Shown: positions 7,494 through 15,639, counted from the stretch's first letter. The stretch is DNA of 20,000 nucleotides from an uncultured virus (IMG/VR IMGVR_UViG_3300025128_000028) (IMGVR_UViG_3300025128_000028); one strand, 5' to 3'. A program made the numbers and translations. Notes: generated by a model not told the origin, from the sequence alone.

Positions 7494-7660
7494 TTTTTCT
7501 TTTTCAACCAATCCCATTCAGGTCTTTCTTCTTCTTCGTCCAATTTTTTTTCTACCTGTTTATTTATTTTACAATCACATTTAAATTTACAGAAATGATT
7601 TAGACATACTACACCATTATGAGTTCTAAATCCACTTTTACAATATATACAGCGATTCAA
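7490..7660 (-). CDS. Cys-rich microprotein (start refined to TTG 7660)
   Basis: CIYC...CLNHFCKFKCDC; TTGA overlap. Confidence 0.7.
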   Translation of the reverse strand: MNRCIYCKSGFRTHNGVVCLNHFCKFKCDCKINKQVEKKLDEEEERPEWDWLKKKK

Positions 7661-7764
7661 TCTGCTCCCTTCTTCCACAAGTGTACTTTTTGAACGTGGT
7701 CTTTTAAATCTACAAAAAATGTATCACAATATATACACTTTTCCCACTTTTCAGGGAAGGTCAA
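7657..7764 (-). CDS. 35-aa C2H2 zinc-finger microprotein (MTFPEKWEKCIYCDTFFVDLKDHVQKVH...)
   Basis: Read manually; GAGG upstream; stop overlaps the next TTG. Confidence 0.7.
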   Translation of the reverse strand: MTFPEKWEKCIYCDTFFVDLKDHVQKVHLWKKGAD

Positions 7765-7815
7765 TGTAATTTTCCTCTAATATACAACATAATAGTGTGT
7801 GCAATATATAACAAT

Positions 7816-8007
7816 TCAGTCAATCTTAACTTCACCACTTAATATTTTTTTCATTAGTTCTTCTTGTGATCTAATTATTTCTGTTGCAAGTAAATCAATT
7901 ACATGATTTATATGGTCTTCATGAACATTATCTTTTGAAGCCACCGCTAACCATTCACCACAATATTTTACTTTTACTTCAACTGTTCCAATTAATTCGT
8001 CAGTCAA
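7816..8007 (-). CDS. Hypothetical protein
   Basis: 63-aa ORF with TTGA overlap. Confidence 0.7.
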   Translation of the reverse strand: MTDELIGTVEVKVKYCGEWLAVASKDNVHEDHINHVIDLLATEIIRSQEELMKKILSGEVKID

Positions 8008-8249
8008 TAATATCCCCTTCCATAGTTATCTTCCGAAGGCTCTAACCAATATTCTTTGCTTAGTTCGTGTTCAATAGCATATTCTTCAATAGATTCTTTG
8101 CTAATTTTATCTAATAACCACCATTCAAGTTTGCCTAAAAGATATAATCTTCGCATTTTTCCTCTTATTTTATAATATATTCTATTAAGAAAATTATTAT
8201 TGGTAAAGGTATAAGTATTATTTGAGCCTTTAATGGTAAAATCTGACAT
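8004..8249 (-). CDS. Hypothetical protein
   Basis: 81-aa ORF, GGTG upstream of ATG. Confidence 0.7.
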   Translation of the reverse strand: MSDFTIKGSNNTYTFTNNNFLNRIYYKIRGKMRRLYLLGKLEWWLLDKISKESIEEYAIEHELSKEYWLEPSEDNYGRGYY

Positions 8250-8255
8250 ACTTTG

Positions 8256-8462
8256 CTACACCATGAGCCTTTTATAACTCTTTAGTTCTGCTCTAAGTTG
8301 CTTGAGATAGCATTTATTGTGCATTTTTATATATTGATCTCTACTAAAATATTTTGAATAATCTTCGCCCTTCTTTATTTTCTTATCACACACCCTGCAA
8401 GTGTGTTCAAATCTAGCAGTTGAGTCAGAAAATCTTCTGATTATATAATGTATCAGGGGCAA
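8256..8462 (-). CDS. Zinc-finger protein (CxxC...HxxC)
   Basis: STARFEHTCRVCDKKIKKGE...MHNKC; resembles ORF 9015-9290. Confidence 0.75.
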   Translation of the reverse strand: MPLIHYIIRRFSDSTARFEHTCRVCDKKIKKGEDYSKYFSRDQYIKMHNKCYLKQLRAELKSYKRLMV

Positions 8463-8629
8463 TCTTTCAAATCCTCTCGTACACGTTGTTCATAGTCTAA
8501 TAATGTTTCTAAATATTCCTTACCTGTTGCTTCTTTATTATTAACAATATATAACAAATCGTCTATTGCTTCTTCGTAAGTTTCAGCAAAATTCATTAAT
8601 CGTTCTCTTGTTATTATATTATTCTTCAA
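8453..8629 (-). CDS. Hypothetical protein (start refined to TTG 8629)
   Basis: GGTGAT Shine-Dalgarno 4 nt before TTG. Confidence 0.65.
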   Translation of the reverse strand: MKNNIITRERLMNFAETYEEAIDDLLYIVNNKEATGKEYLETLLDYEQRVREDLKDCP

Positions 8630-8804
8630 CTGTATCACCCTCTATTACTTCAACGTCTTCAAATGGAACAAAGTATGTATGGTTCTTATACAATGCTCTA
8701 TACACACCTTCAAGATTTATTCCTACAATACCGTTTGTATAAGAGTCTTCATTTTCATAACTAAAATCACATTTTTCTGTATCTATAGTTATTCTGATTT
8801 TCAA
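8619..8804 (-). CDS. Hypothetical protein (start refined to TTG 8804)
   Basis: AGGTGAT Shine-Dalgarno 4 nt before TTG. Confidence 0.65.
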   Translation of the reverse strand: MKIRITIDTEKCDFSYENEDSYTNGIVGINLEGVYRALYKNHTYFVPFEDVEVIEGDTVEE

Positions 8805-8813
8805 CTGTATCAC

Positions 8814-9014
8814 CTATCTATGTGTTCCGTCATATATGAACGCTTCGTTTTCTACTTCTACCAATTCTTTTTTATACATTATCATATAACTTGTTCCACA
8901 TTCTTGACAAGTCCCTGCTTTGTCATAATCATATTCTTCCATACTAAACATAGTTGTTTTATTACACTTTGGGCAATCTTCTGTTTCTTCCCAATTTCCT
9001 TCGGTATGTCCCAA
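8814..9014 (-). CDS. Zinc-ribbon protein
   Basis: CPKC...CQEC. Confidence 0.75.
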   Translation of the reverse strand: MGHTEGNWEETEDCPKCNKTTMFSMEEYDYDKAGTCQECGTSYMIMYKKELVEVENEAFIYDGTHR

Positions 9015-9290
9015 TTATATAATCACCTTATTTTTAATTTCTTCAAGTATTTTTTGTTTTGACTCTATTTCTTTTGCGACATATTCTGCTTCTTTCTTTA
9101 ATTCACGTTGATATACTTCGTTATAACATTTCATACAATATTCAGTATATACCATACAATTATTACCGTTCCGTCCATGTTGCCTACGCATACATTTATC
9201 ACCACGTTCTATTTTTTCCTTACATTCCTTACACCAAGTCCCCCATTTTCGCTGTCGTGCTGTTGATTCGTAATAATCTGATATACCCAA
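9015..9290 (-). CDS. Zinc-finger protein with C-terminal coiled coil
   Basis: STARQ...CKECKEKIERGD...CMKC. Confidence 0.75.
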   Translation of the reverse strand: MGISDYYESTARQRKWGTWCKECKEKIERGDKCMRRQHGRNGNNCMVYTEYCMKCYNEVYQRELKKEAEYVAKEIESKQKILEEIKNKVII

Positions 9291-9494
9291 TTATATATTC
9301 CCCTCTAAATGTTGATAATGTTTGTTTTTTTCTATATGTATTTTGTCTAAATATCCTTCAAAAACTTGAAAGTAATGACAACAAGAAGTATCTAAACTAG
9401 AACAAAAATATACTTTGTCTTTTGGATCATAAGCAAGTTTACTTGCTCTTGCAACAAATTTATTTGATCTACATTTTGGGCATTTTGGCTTCAA
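9291..9494 (-). CDS. Zinc-ribbon protein
   Basis: CPKC...YFCSSLDTSCC. Confidence 0.7.
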   Translation of the reverse strand: MKPKCPKCRSNKFVARASKLAYDPKDKVYFCSSLDTSCCHYFQVFEGYLDKIHIEKNKHYQHLEGNI

Positions 9495-9500
9495 TATATA

Positions 9501-9731
9501 TCACAAATCCCTCAATTTTTCGTCATTATACCCTGCACACCACTTATAAAAAAGTTCAAACCATAATTTTTTCTCGTCCTTATCTGTAGGGGCTTCTTGA
9601 CTATAGTTATCTTTTAATCTTCGACACGCTAAATCAAGTATTCTTTCTATTTGTGCATTAGTAAAAGTATCTTCTATATATTTTAGTGTTTTTTTCTTTG
9701 CACTAAGATTGATTTTTTTACAACTAGTCAA
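9501..9731 (-). CDS. Hypothetical protein
   Basis: 76-aa ORF with TTGA overlap. Confidence 0.7.
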   Translation of the reverse strand: MTSCKKINLSAKKKTLKYIEDTFTNAQIERILDLACRRLKDNYSQEAPTDKDEKKLWFELFYKWCAGYNDEKLRDL

Positions 9732-9934
9732 GTTGGTGTCCCCTCATATAACATGGTAGAAAATCCATTGTTGGTAAAATGTGCCGAAGTACATAATATC
9801 CATTCTAATACTTCAATTTCAGCACAAATTATATTATAATCTTCTTGTGTCATTTCATTAGGGGGTGTGTCCCATTCTTTCACCTGTTGTTTTAATTCCT
9901 CTAAGTGTTCATATATTTCTTGTTTAGTTTTCAA
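9728..9934 (-). CDS. Hypothetical protein (start refined to TTG 9934), IEVLEWIL motif
   Basis: GGAGTGA Shine-Dalgarno upstream of TTG. Confidence 0.7.
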   Translation of the reverse strand: MKTKQEIYEHLEELKQQVKEWDTPPNEMTQEDYNIICAEIEVLEWILCTSAHFTNNGFSTMLYEGTPT

Positions 9935-10076
9935 TTTTTTCACTCCAAATTTTTTCACTCCTTAAAAATCCTTCACCACATTCAATATGACATGGTTTGC
10001 CTTTATGAAAAAATGCACCATGTTTGTTTACACGGTAGTCAGAAATATATTTTTTACAAAATTTACATTTATTCAA
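9924..10076 (-). CDS. 50-aa CxxC...CHxxC zinc microprotein, tandem paralog B
   Basis: MNKCKFCKKYISDYRVNKHGAFFHKGKPCHIECGEGFLRSEKIWSEKIEN, read manually. Confidence 0.75.
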   Translation of the reverse strand: MNKCKFCKKYISDYRVNKHGAFFHKGKPCHIECGEGFLRSEKIWSEKIEN

Positions 10077-10198
10077 TTTTTTCACTCCAAATTTTTTCAC
10101 TCCTTAAAAATCCTTCACCACATTCAATATGACATGGTTTGCCTTTATGAAAAAATGCTTCAAATAAATTTATATATTTTTTACAAAATTTACATTTA
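9930..10198. repeat. Tandem duplication: identical 87-nt and 27-nt blocks around a divergent middle
   Basis: 9930-10016 = 10072-10158; 10045-10071 = 10172-10198. Confidence 0.95.
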
Positions 10199-10203
10199 GT
10201 CAA
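10069..10203 (-). CDS. 44-aa CxxC...CHxxC zinc microprotein, tandem paralog A
   Basis: MTKCKFCKKYINLFEAFFHKGKPCHIECGEGFLRSEKIWSEKIE, read manually. Confidence 0.75.
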   Translation of the reverse strand: MTKCKFCKKYINLFEAFFHKGKPCHIECGEGFLRSEKIWSEKIE

Positions 10204-10343
10204 TTTGATTTCCCCTTCTTTGATTCTGAATATGTTTTGGGCATATATTTTGGATCAATAGCCATTCTACCAAGTTCTGCATATACATGGTCAATAACTT
10301 CCTTAGTATTAGGACGATCACATATTGGGCATTTTTCACACAA
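10200..10343 (-). CDS. 47-aa microprotein (MCEKCPICDRP...)
   Basis: AAGGTGA Shine-Dalgarno, TTG start, stop overlaps the next TTG. Confidence 0.65.
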   Translation of the reverse strand: MCEKCPICDRPNTKEVIDHVYAELGRMAIDPKYMPKTYSESKKGKSN

Positions 10344-10593
10344 GTATATATTCACCTTTAATTGGACTAAATTTTGTTATGTCTATTTTATCTTTTGATT
10401 CAATAGGGTATTCATTAGGGTTATCTTCTTTAACTAAAATCAAACTACCGCCTGTATCTATTATACCTTGATCCCCTGTTGAATTTACTGCAATTAATTT
10501 TCCTCTAAAGCCGTCCCCACGCAAACCGATATATTTGTTATAACCTTCATTTGATTTGGGATCGGTATCAGGGCGATCTCCGTATTTAATCAT
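10336..10593 (-). CDS. Hypothetical protein (start refined to ATG 10593)
   Basis: ATG lies 1 nt after the upstream stop. Confidence 0.7.
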   Translation of the reverse strand: MIKYGDRPDTDPKSNEGYNKYIGLRGDGFRGKLIAVNSTGDQGIIDTGGSLILVKEDNPNEYPIESKDKIDITKFSPIKGEYILV

Positions 10594-10594
10594 A

Positions 10595-10861
10595 TTATAT
10601 AATCCCCTCATTACCGTTAAATTTAGTACGAAATAATCTTTTACTTTCACTTTCAATTATATTGTCCCTTATCATTTTCACATAGTCAAATCCTACTTCG
10701 TCATAATATTTTGGAAAATGTTTGGCTACAAATGGCACAACCATATCAGTTATAGATTTTTTATCATAACCTTGATTGGCTTTAATCATGACAAATTTTT
10801 CGATTGAATGACCAACTGTTTCACGTTGACTAGCACATGAATCACATTGACATAAATCCAA
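10595..10861 (-). CDS. Hypothetical protein, N-terminal CxCxxC
   Basis: GAGGTGA Shine-Dalgarno, TTG start. Confidence 0.75.
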   Translation of the reverse strand: MDLCQCDSCASQRETVGHSIEKFVMIKANQGYDKKSITDMVVPFVAKHFPKYYDEVGFDYVKMIRDNIIESESKRLFRTKFNGNEGII

Positions 10862-10901
10862 TTATATATTCACCTCAAAAAAGGGGGAGTGGGAAGACAT
10901 T

Positions 10902-11288
10902 TTAGTTATCTTCCTCCTTTTCTAAAAATTTTTTTAAAACAGCAAAGTCCACGCCTAATATTTCGTTATATAGTCCGTATTGTCTTTCTTTTGGGTAATC
11001 ATATAGATCGCTAATGATATACTCTATAGAAGATATTAAATTATCCCTTGTTTTTGCGTACATATATTTTTTACTTTGCAATTCAGGTCTAATTTTTTTT
11101 CTTTTTTCGTCTTCGTTTTTATAAGTTCCACCGACTTTTAGCCTATAATAATCTAGTGCCATGTCAATATCTTTTGACAACCATTCAATGTAGTCTTTTA
11201 AAGAAACTAACTGATCAATTATTGGCATTTCGGCTTTTCTTATTTTAGCGTTTGCACTTTGTTGTCCGATTTTTTGTTTTTGTTTCAT
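10902..11288 (-). CDS. Hypothetical protein
   Basis: 128-aa ORF with TTTATAAA box about 30 nt upstream. Confidence 0.8.
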   Translation of the reverse strand: MKQKQKIGQQSANAKIRKAEMPIIDQLVSLKDYIEWLSKDIDMALDYYRLKVGGTYKNEDEKRKKIRPELQSKKYMYAKTRDNLISSIEYIISDLYDYPKERQYGLYNEILGVDFAVLKKFLEKEEDN

Positions 11289-11360
11289 TATTAATCTCTA
11301 ATAACACATATTATTTATAAATCTTTACCTATTTCTAAAACGCTGTTATAAAAATAAAAA

Positions 11361-11481
11361 TGGTGTCGCACTTGGAATAATGGAAAGGTTAAATTCCTTA
11401 AAACCTTTGAAGAAGCCCACAAACGAGGTTGTGAAGCAAATGAATAGATCAAAGCGTGGTCTTCTTCTACTCCAATGCGAC
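11361..11481 (-). ncRNA. 121-nt three-way-junction RNA with an acceptor-like stem and 3' ACCA
   Basis: GTCGCA-TTGGAGTA pairs with TATTCCAA-G-TGCGAC, followed by A-CCA and a T-run; arms GAAGAAG-A-CCAC/GTGG-G-CTTCTTC and AAAGGTT/AACCTTT. Confidence 0.75.
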
Positions 11482-11613
11482 TTGAGAAAGTTTGGTAGAT
11501 TGGATTTATGAGTCCGTTATCAAACATTCTGAATCTATTACGTTAATGCCTAATATTAGTGTTTGGTATCATTAGTATCTATACTTTGCATACTATTAAT
11601 AATAAAACTTTGA

Positions 11614-11645
11614 TAGGAATATTAAAACGATTCCTAATATAAATG
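11614..11645 (-). promoter_or_regulatory. TATA box plus palindromic operator TAGGAAT-N9-ATTCCTA (copy A)
   Basis: 30/32 identical to 19490-19521. Confidence 0.75.
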
Positions 11646-11998
11646 TTTAATATTATACCGTACTATACCGTACTTAAATACTCATATTAATTTTTAGTTC
11701 AAAAATATATTATATATTCAGGAAAACCATCATCCGTTACATCATCCAGAGATGTTACTGTTACTGGTTTCCTGACATATATATATAAAATATATTGTGC
11801 CTAATAGTATATTTCGTGCCTATTTTTTTCAATTTAGGTCTAGGCAGAATTGTGTGGTTTGCCAAGACTTGGGTAATGTGTGCCGTGTATATATTTTAGA
11901 AACATTTATACAATTTTTCTAGCCTGTTTATAACGCTGTTATATTTTTTCTTTCAATTTTTGATTGCAAAATGAGTAGAAAAAATGGGGGGGTTGTTA

Positions 11999-12253
11999 TT
12001 AGATTTGTTCTAAACAAAATCTATATAACAATTTGTCATTTTTGATTGCTTCTTGAAATGACTGTTCGGATATTTTTGAGAAACTAAAAATATGCAATAC
12101 ACCTTTTTTTGCCTTTAATGTCTTGGCACTTTCTAAGGTGTGTTGTAATATTTCTCTCAAAGCCCTTTGTGATTTTCGATTGAGTTTTCTTATTAGTTTA
12201 CTACCTTCTTCTCGTTCTTCCTCACTAACTTTTGGATTGCTGTATTCGTTCAT
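11999..12253 (-). CDS. Hypothetical protein
   Basis: 84-aa ORF, TATA-like box upstream, C/T tract after the stop. Confidence 0.7.
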   Translation of the reverse strand: MNEYSNPKVSEEEREEGSKLIRKLNRKSQRALREILQHTLESAKTLKAKKGVLHIFSFSKISEQSFQEAIKNDKLLYRFCLEQI

Positions 12254-12307
12254 TAATTACTATACGTTAAACTTGTTAATATATCTTGCTTAACAGTTTA
12301 TATTAGG

Positions 12308-12323
12308 AAAAAAGGGGGGGGGG
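12308..12323 (-). terminator. C10-T6 pyrimidine tract, probable archaeal-type terminator
   Basis: Just after the stop at 12333; similar C-then-T tracts follow stops at 11999 and 10902. Confidence 0.5.
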
Positions 12324-12332
12324 TAAAGTATA

Positions 12333-12527
12333 TTATACTATACCATTGATTACTGTTTTTGCGTTTGCTTCTTCATGGTGATCTATTACAATTTTCATAA
12401 CTTGATCAAGAAGAAATTCAGCATTTGAATTTTTGCCTTCTTGATTAGTTTGGTTTTCGTCTTTCAAACCAATTTTGAAAGAGTTGACCAAGTTGCATAT
12501 ATCACACTTACAATATATTGTTTCCAT
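12333..12527 (-). CDS. Hypothetical protein, CxCxxC...HH
   Basis: GAGGTG Shine-Dalgarno upstream. Confidence 0.7.
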   Translation of the reverse strand: METIYCKCDICNLVNSFKIGLKDENQTNQEGKNSNAEFLLDQVMKIVIDHHEEANAKTVINGIV

Positions 12528-12535
12528 GATTATAA

Positions 12536-12697
12536 TTACACCTCAATATACTTTGGATTTCCAAAGTTTATGTTGCTTGTTGCGTGTTTTATTTTTATAT
12601 TATGAAAGTCAGAATGTCTTTTAATTCTTTGATCATAGTTTGGTTCACTTTGATCAAATTCTGCACTACATAAATCACATTTTACTAAGTTTTTCAT
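12536..12697 (-). CDS. 53-aa C2H2-like microprotein (MKNLVKCDLC...RHSDFH...)
   Basis: Read manually; ATGA overlap. Confidence 0.7.
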   Translation of the reverse strand: MKNLVKCDLCSAEFDQSEPNYDQRIKRHSDFHNIKIKHATSNINFGNPKYIEV

Positions 12698-12930
12698 TTT
12701 ATATTCTCACTTTCTTTAACAAGATTTTGATAATATTTATTTGATAATTCATATCTTCTCATAATATCTTTGTATGTTATATGACTTTGTTTCATGTGAT
12801 TATCATATATTTCTTGCATTTCTTTAATTTCTTCTTTTGTTCCGTATTGTTTTATTAATTCCAAAGAATTTTCAGTATGATAATTTATATTTTCATTTTT
12901 TTCATATTGTTTTAAAGTAAATCTTGACAT
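12694..12930 (-). CDS. Hypothetical protein (start refined to ATG 12930)
   Basis: TAATG overlap, GGTG upstream. Confidence 0.7.
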   Translation of the reverse strand: MSRFTLKQYEKNENINYHTENSLELIKQYGTKEEIKEMQEIYDNHMKQSHITYKDIMRRYELSNKYYQNLVKESENIK

Positions 12931-13469
12931 TATATACACCATTCACCTATTTTTACAACTTTTTCAGTTCGTGATTTCATTTTTATTACTTTGAATATTT
13001 TTAGGGCTTCTTTTTTCATTTTTTCGGTTATATATTTACTATTTTTGATAGCTGTTAGCATTGATAAAGGCACGATTATAACGTCAAATGATTTAGGACT
13101 TTGCCCAAGCCTATCTACGTTTTTATTCCAACGTAATATATTATTGATTTGAACAACTATAGCTTCTGATAATCCAAAGTCTAATGATATATTTTGAATA
13201 TCAATATTTCTGATTTTTTCGGTTTTTTTAGTTTCATAAAAATTAACTTTAAGTTTTTCTGCTCGTTGATCTGTGCATTTTTCTAATATATTGCCGTCCT
13301 CAAATTCAAAGTTATGCGGACTTGAAAAATTAGCCACGATTAAACCATTTGATAATTCAATAATCGGCATTTCAAATATATCGTCATGTTCAAACTCGTC
13401 AACTTTTAAAGTTCCCTGTTTAGTTTCAATAACTAAAGATTTAATATATTTAAGAGATTCTGTTTTCAT
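12930..13469 (-). CDS. Hypothetical protein with NFSSPH motif
   Basis: 179-aa ORF with ATGA overlap. Confidence 0.8.
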   Translation of the reverse strand: MKTESLKYIKSLVIETKQGTLKVDEFEHDDIFEMPIIELSNGLIVANFSSPHNFEFEDGNILEKCTDQRAEKLKVNFYETKKTEKIRNIDIQNISLDFGLSEAIVVQINNILRWNKNVDRLGQSPKSFDVIIVPLSMLTAIKNSKYITEKMKKEALKIFKVIKMKSRTEKVVKIGEWCI

Positions 13470-13786
13470 TCTAATTCTTCACCACTTCTTATTATTTCAT
13501 TTTGCAAAACTGCTGATATACTTTGATATAATTCGACTTTATCAGTTTTTGAAAAATATTTTTCATATAATTTCCATACGATTTTTATTATTTTAGTGTC
13601 GTTTGTGTGCATTATTATATCTTGAAATTCGTCTATACTAATTCTTTCATTAATTACCGCTAATGAATTAGCCAAAATTTTATTTATTGAGTTTAAATTA
13701 TCACCTGTTAAGTTTTGACTTGTCATATATTCACCAATTTCTCTTTTTATTGGGTTTGTTTCGTTTGGGTTAAATTCGTTTTTCAT
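13466..13786 (-). CDS. Hypothetical protein
   Basis: 106-aa ORF, GGTGA Shine-Dalgarno. Confidence 0.75.
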   Translation of the reverse strand: MKNEFNPNETNPIKREIGEYMTSQNLTGDNLNSINKILANSLAVINERISIDEFQDIIMHTNDTKIIKIVWKLYEKYFSKTDKVELYQSISAVLQNEIIRSGEELE

Positions 13787-13788
13787 TC

Positions 13789-14100
13789 TTATATATTCAC
13801 CAATTCCTCATGTAGTTCCATTTCTTCAAGTAAAATATTGCAATCCACAACACTATTTTTGAAATGATTTTCAAAATCAGTATAATTATCATATTCAGAT
13901 TCGCAATTATTACAAAAATATATGGGGTGATCTAAAATTTTTGTAATTAGTTGTATTTCTTCCTCACATTCTTTAAAATATTTTGTATTTGAAATAAATT
14001 TACGTTGTTCTTCATTTAACATATCCCTTCGATTATATATTTTATCTATTTCGCCCTTTTTTAATAATTTAATTATTTCTTTTTTATCCATTTTTACCAA
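13789..14100 (-). CDS. Hypothetical protein with CxxC-x12-H zinc finger
   Basis: YFCNNCESEYDNYTDFENHF. Confidence 0.7.
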   Translation of the reverse strand: MVKMDKKEIIKLLKKGEIDKIYNRRDMLNEEQRKFISNTKYFKECEEEIQLITKILDHPIYFCNNCESEYDNYTDFENHFKNSVVDCNILLEEMELHEELVNI

Positions 14101-14369
14101 GTCCTCATTTGCATGGGTTCAGCTAATTCAGTTTTTGCAAGATTATAACCTTTTTGAATATTCATTATTATTTTTCGGTCTTTTTGTGGCATATATTTTT
14201 TAACGCAATCCATACAATAAAGCCAACCTTCAAACCAAATTGAATCAGCATTGGCTATAAATTCGCTATCACTTAGCGATATATTGCATGAATCACACAC
14301 TAAGCAATCTTTGGGTATAATTGTTATTTGGCATATACATTTTTCGTTAAAGCAATATTCACAAGTCAT
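14094..14369 (-). CDS. Cys-rich zinc-binding protein
   Basis: CEYC, CIC, CDSC, CMDC. Confidence 0.75.
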   Translation of the reverse strand: MTCEYCFNEKCICQITIIPKDCLVCDSCNISLSDSEFIANADSIWFEGWLYCMDCVKKYMPQKDRKIIMNIQKGYNLAKTELAEPMQMRTW

Positions 14370-14611
14370 TATATATTTCCACCTTCAACGATTAGTTTTT
14401 TGTATGTTTTTCCGTTATATCCTTCGATATTTTCATATCGGACTTTGATATTTTTAAATAAACATTCAAAAAATGAATCAATAACCGATCCCTGTCTTAA
14501 CATTGTGCAACCGTGCATTATTTCGTTTATTGTTTGCATTTGTTCAGGCGTAAAATTAGCATTATATATTTTATCTTGCAATTTTTCGGCTTTGTCGTGA
14601 TATTGTGCCAT
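14369..14611 (-). CDS. Hypothetical protein
   Basis: 80-aa ORF with TAATG overlap. Confidence 0.7.
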   Translation of the reverse strand: MAQYHDKAEKLQDKIYNANFTPEQMQTINEIMHGCTMLRQGSVIDSFFECLFKNIKVRYENIEGYNGKTYKKLIVEGGNI

Positions 14612-14612
14612 T

Positions 14613-15002
14613 TTAAATCAAATCTGCCTCTTGTTTTTTCAAGTCGTTTAATGCTTGATATTGTATTTTATAAGTCAAATCGCTTTGAATACTGCATATC
14701 AATAACGATTTTAAAAGAAGTTCTCGATCATGCTTTGATAATAAATCTAAAAATATTTTGCATTGTTTACCAATATCAAGCGTTATATCTGGATCTTTTG
14801 TGTTTTCATATCCGATCGCATAATAATTTTCTTTTTGATTATATGCTATTTGTATTTCATTAACTTTCATATATTCGTCTAATGTTTGCTCATGGGCTTG
14901 TTTAACTGCTCCCATTTTTATTAAATCTGAAAGATTGTTTATTTCTTCCCAAGTTTTTTTAATTTCTTTTTCTCTTTCAGTTTCTTTTTTATCTTGTTTC
15001 AT
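14613..15002 (-). CDS. Hypothetical protein (start probably ATG 15002)
   Basis: GAGGT Shine-Dalgarno before ATG AAA CAA. Confidence 0.7.
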   Translation of the reverse strand: MKQDKKETEREKEIKKTWEEINNLSDLIKMGAVKQAHEQTLDEYMKVNEIQIAYNQKENYYAIGYENTKDPDITLDIGKQCKIFLDLLSKHDRELLLKSLLICSIQSDLTYKIQYQALNDLKKQEADLI

Positions 15003-15024
15003 TCTAACATACCTCACAACATAT

Positions 15025-15522
15025 TCATTTATAAATCTTATGCAATTCATTAAACGCTGTTATATTTTTAGCCTTGACATATTGGTAATAATGAAATAAA
15101 ATTGGAATACATAATGAATATTTTTTGGTATCTGCTCGAATTTCCAATAATATATTATTGGGAATTTCTACGCCCATATACTCCGATCCGTATCTATCTT
15201 TTGAATTTTGGGTATTAATCGCTAATGTAGGATCGACAACTTCATTATTATTATTTATTAAAAATGCGTGTTCGATTGGTATTATGCTCAATGTATAACC
15301 TTCTATATATTTTAAATTATGACCATAAGCAAATTTGAAACAATTATTATAACATTCTTTGATAATTGATTTTTTACTAAGTTTTTTTGATTCGACTTTA
15401 TCAATTTTTATATATTTTTGGGAATTTTTTAAAAACCATTCATAATAGTCTTTAATTTCACCATTAGAAATATTAGCTACACTTTGGACATATTCCGTTA
15501 ATTTTGATTTTATCTTAGACAT
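15025..15522 (-). CDS. Transglutaminase/papain-like fold protein (putative Cys-His-Asp triad)
   Basis: ECYNN...YIEGY...IEHAFL...VVDPT...YMGV. Confidence 0.65.
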   Translation of the reverse strand: MSKIKSKLTEYVQSVANISNGEIKDYYEWFLKNSQKYIKIDKVESKKLSKKSIIKECYNNCFKFAYGHNLKYIEGYTLSIIPIEHAFLINNNNEVVDPTLAINTQNSKDRYGSEYMGVEIPNNILLEIRADTKKYSLCIPILFHYYQYVKAKNITAFNELHKIYK

Positions 15523-15525
15523 TTT

Positions 15526-15639
15526 TCATAATTCACCTTGACATATATCACAAATATATAATGAAGTTGTTTTCATTGGTGTTTTGTCAAAAAATTGTCT
15601 AATATCTAGACATTTTCTGCAATATGAAAATTTACTCAA
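15526..15639 (-). CDS. 37-aa zinc ribbon (CRKC...CDIC)
   Basis: Read manually; fills the gap between neighbours. Confidence 0.65.
   Translation of the reverse strand: MSKFSYCRKCLDIRQFFDKTPMKTTSLYICDICQGEL

Noticed and set aside
9930..10198. CRISPR array or DGR template/variable repeat
   Set aside because: Only two units, both coding; differences are a length-changing block, not adenine-specific; no RT or cas gene in the window.
11361..11481. 5S rRNA, tRNA-Sec or opal suppressor identity (CTTCACA in the apical region)
   Set aside because: No 5S conserved loops, no D/T arms, and no purine at position 37 or proper anticodon stem.
11315..11527. 70-aa minus ORF
   Set aside because: Atypical composition, no Shine-Dalgarno, and coincides with the strongly paired ACCA-ended RNA.
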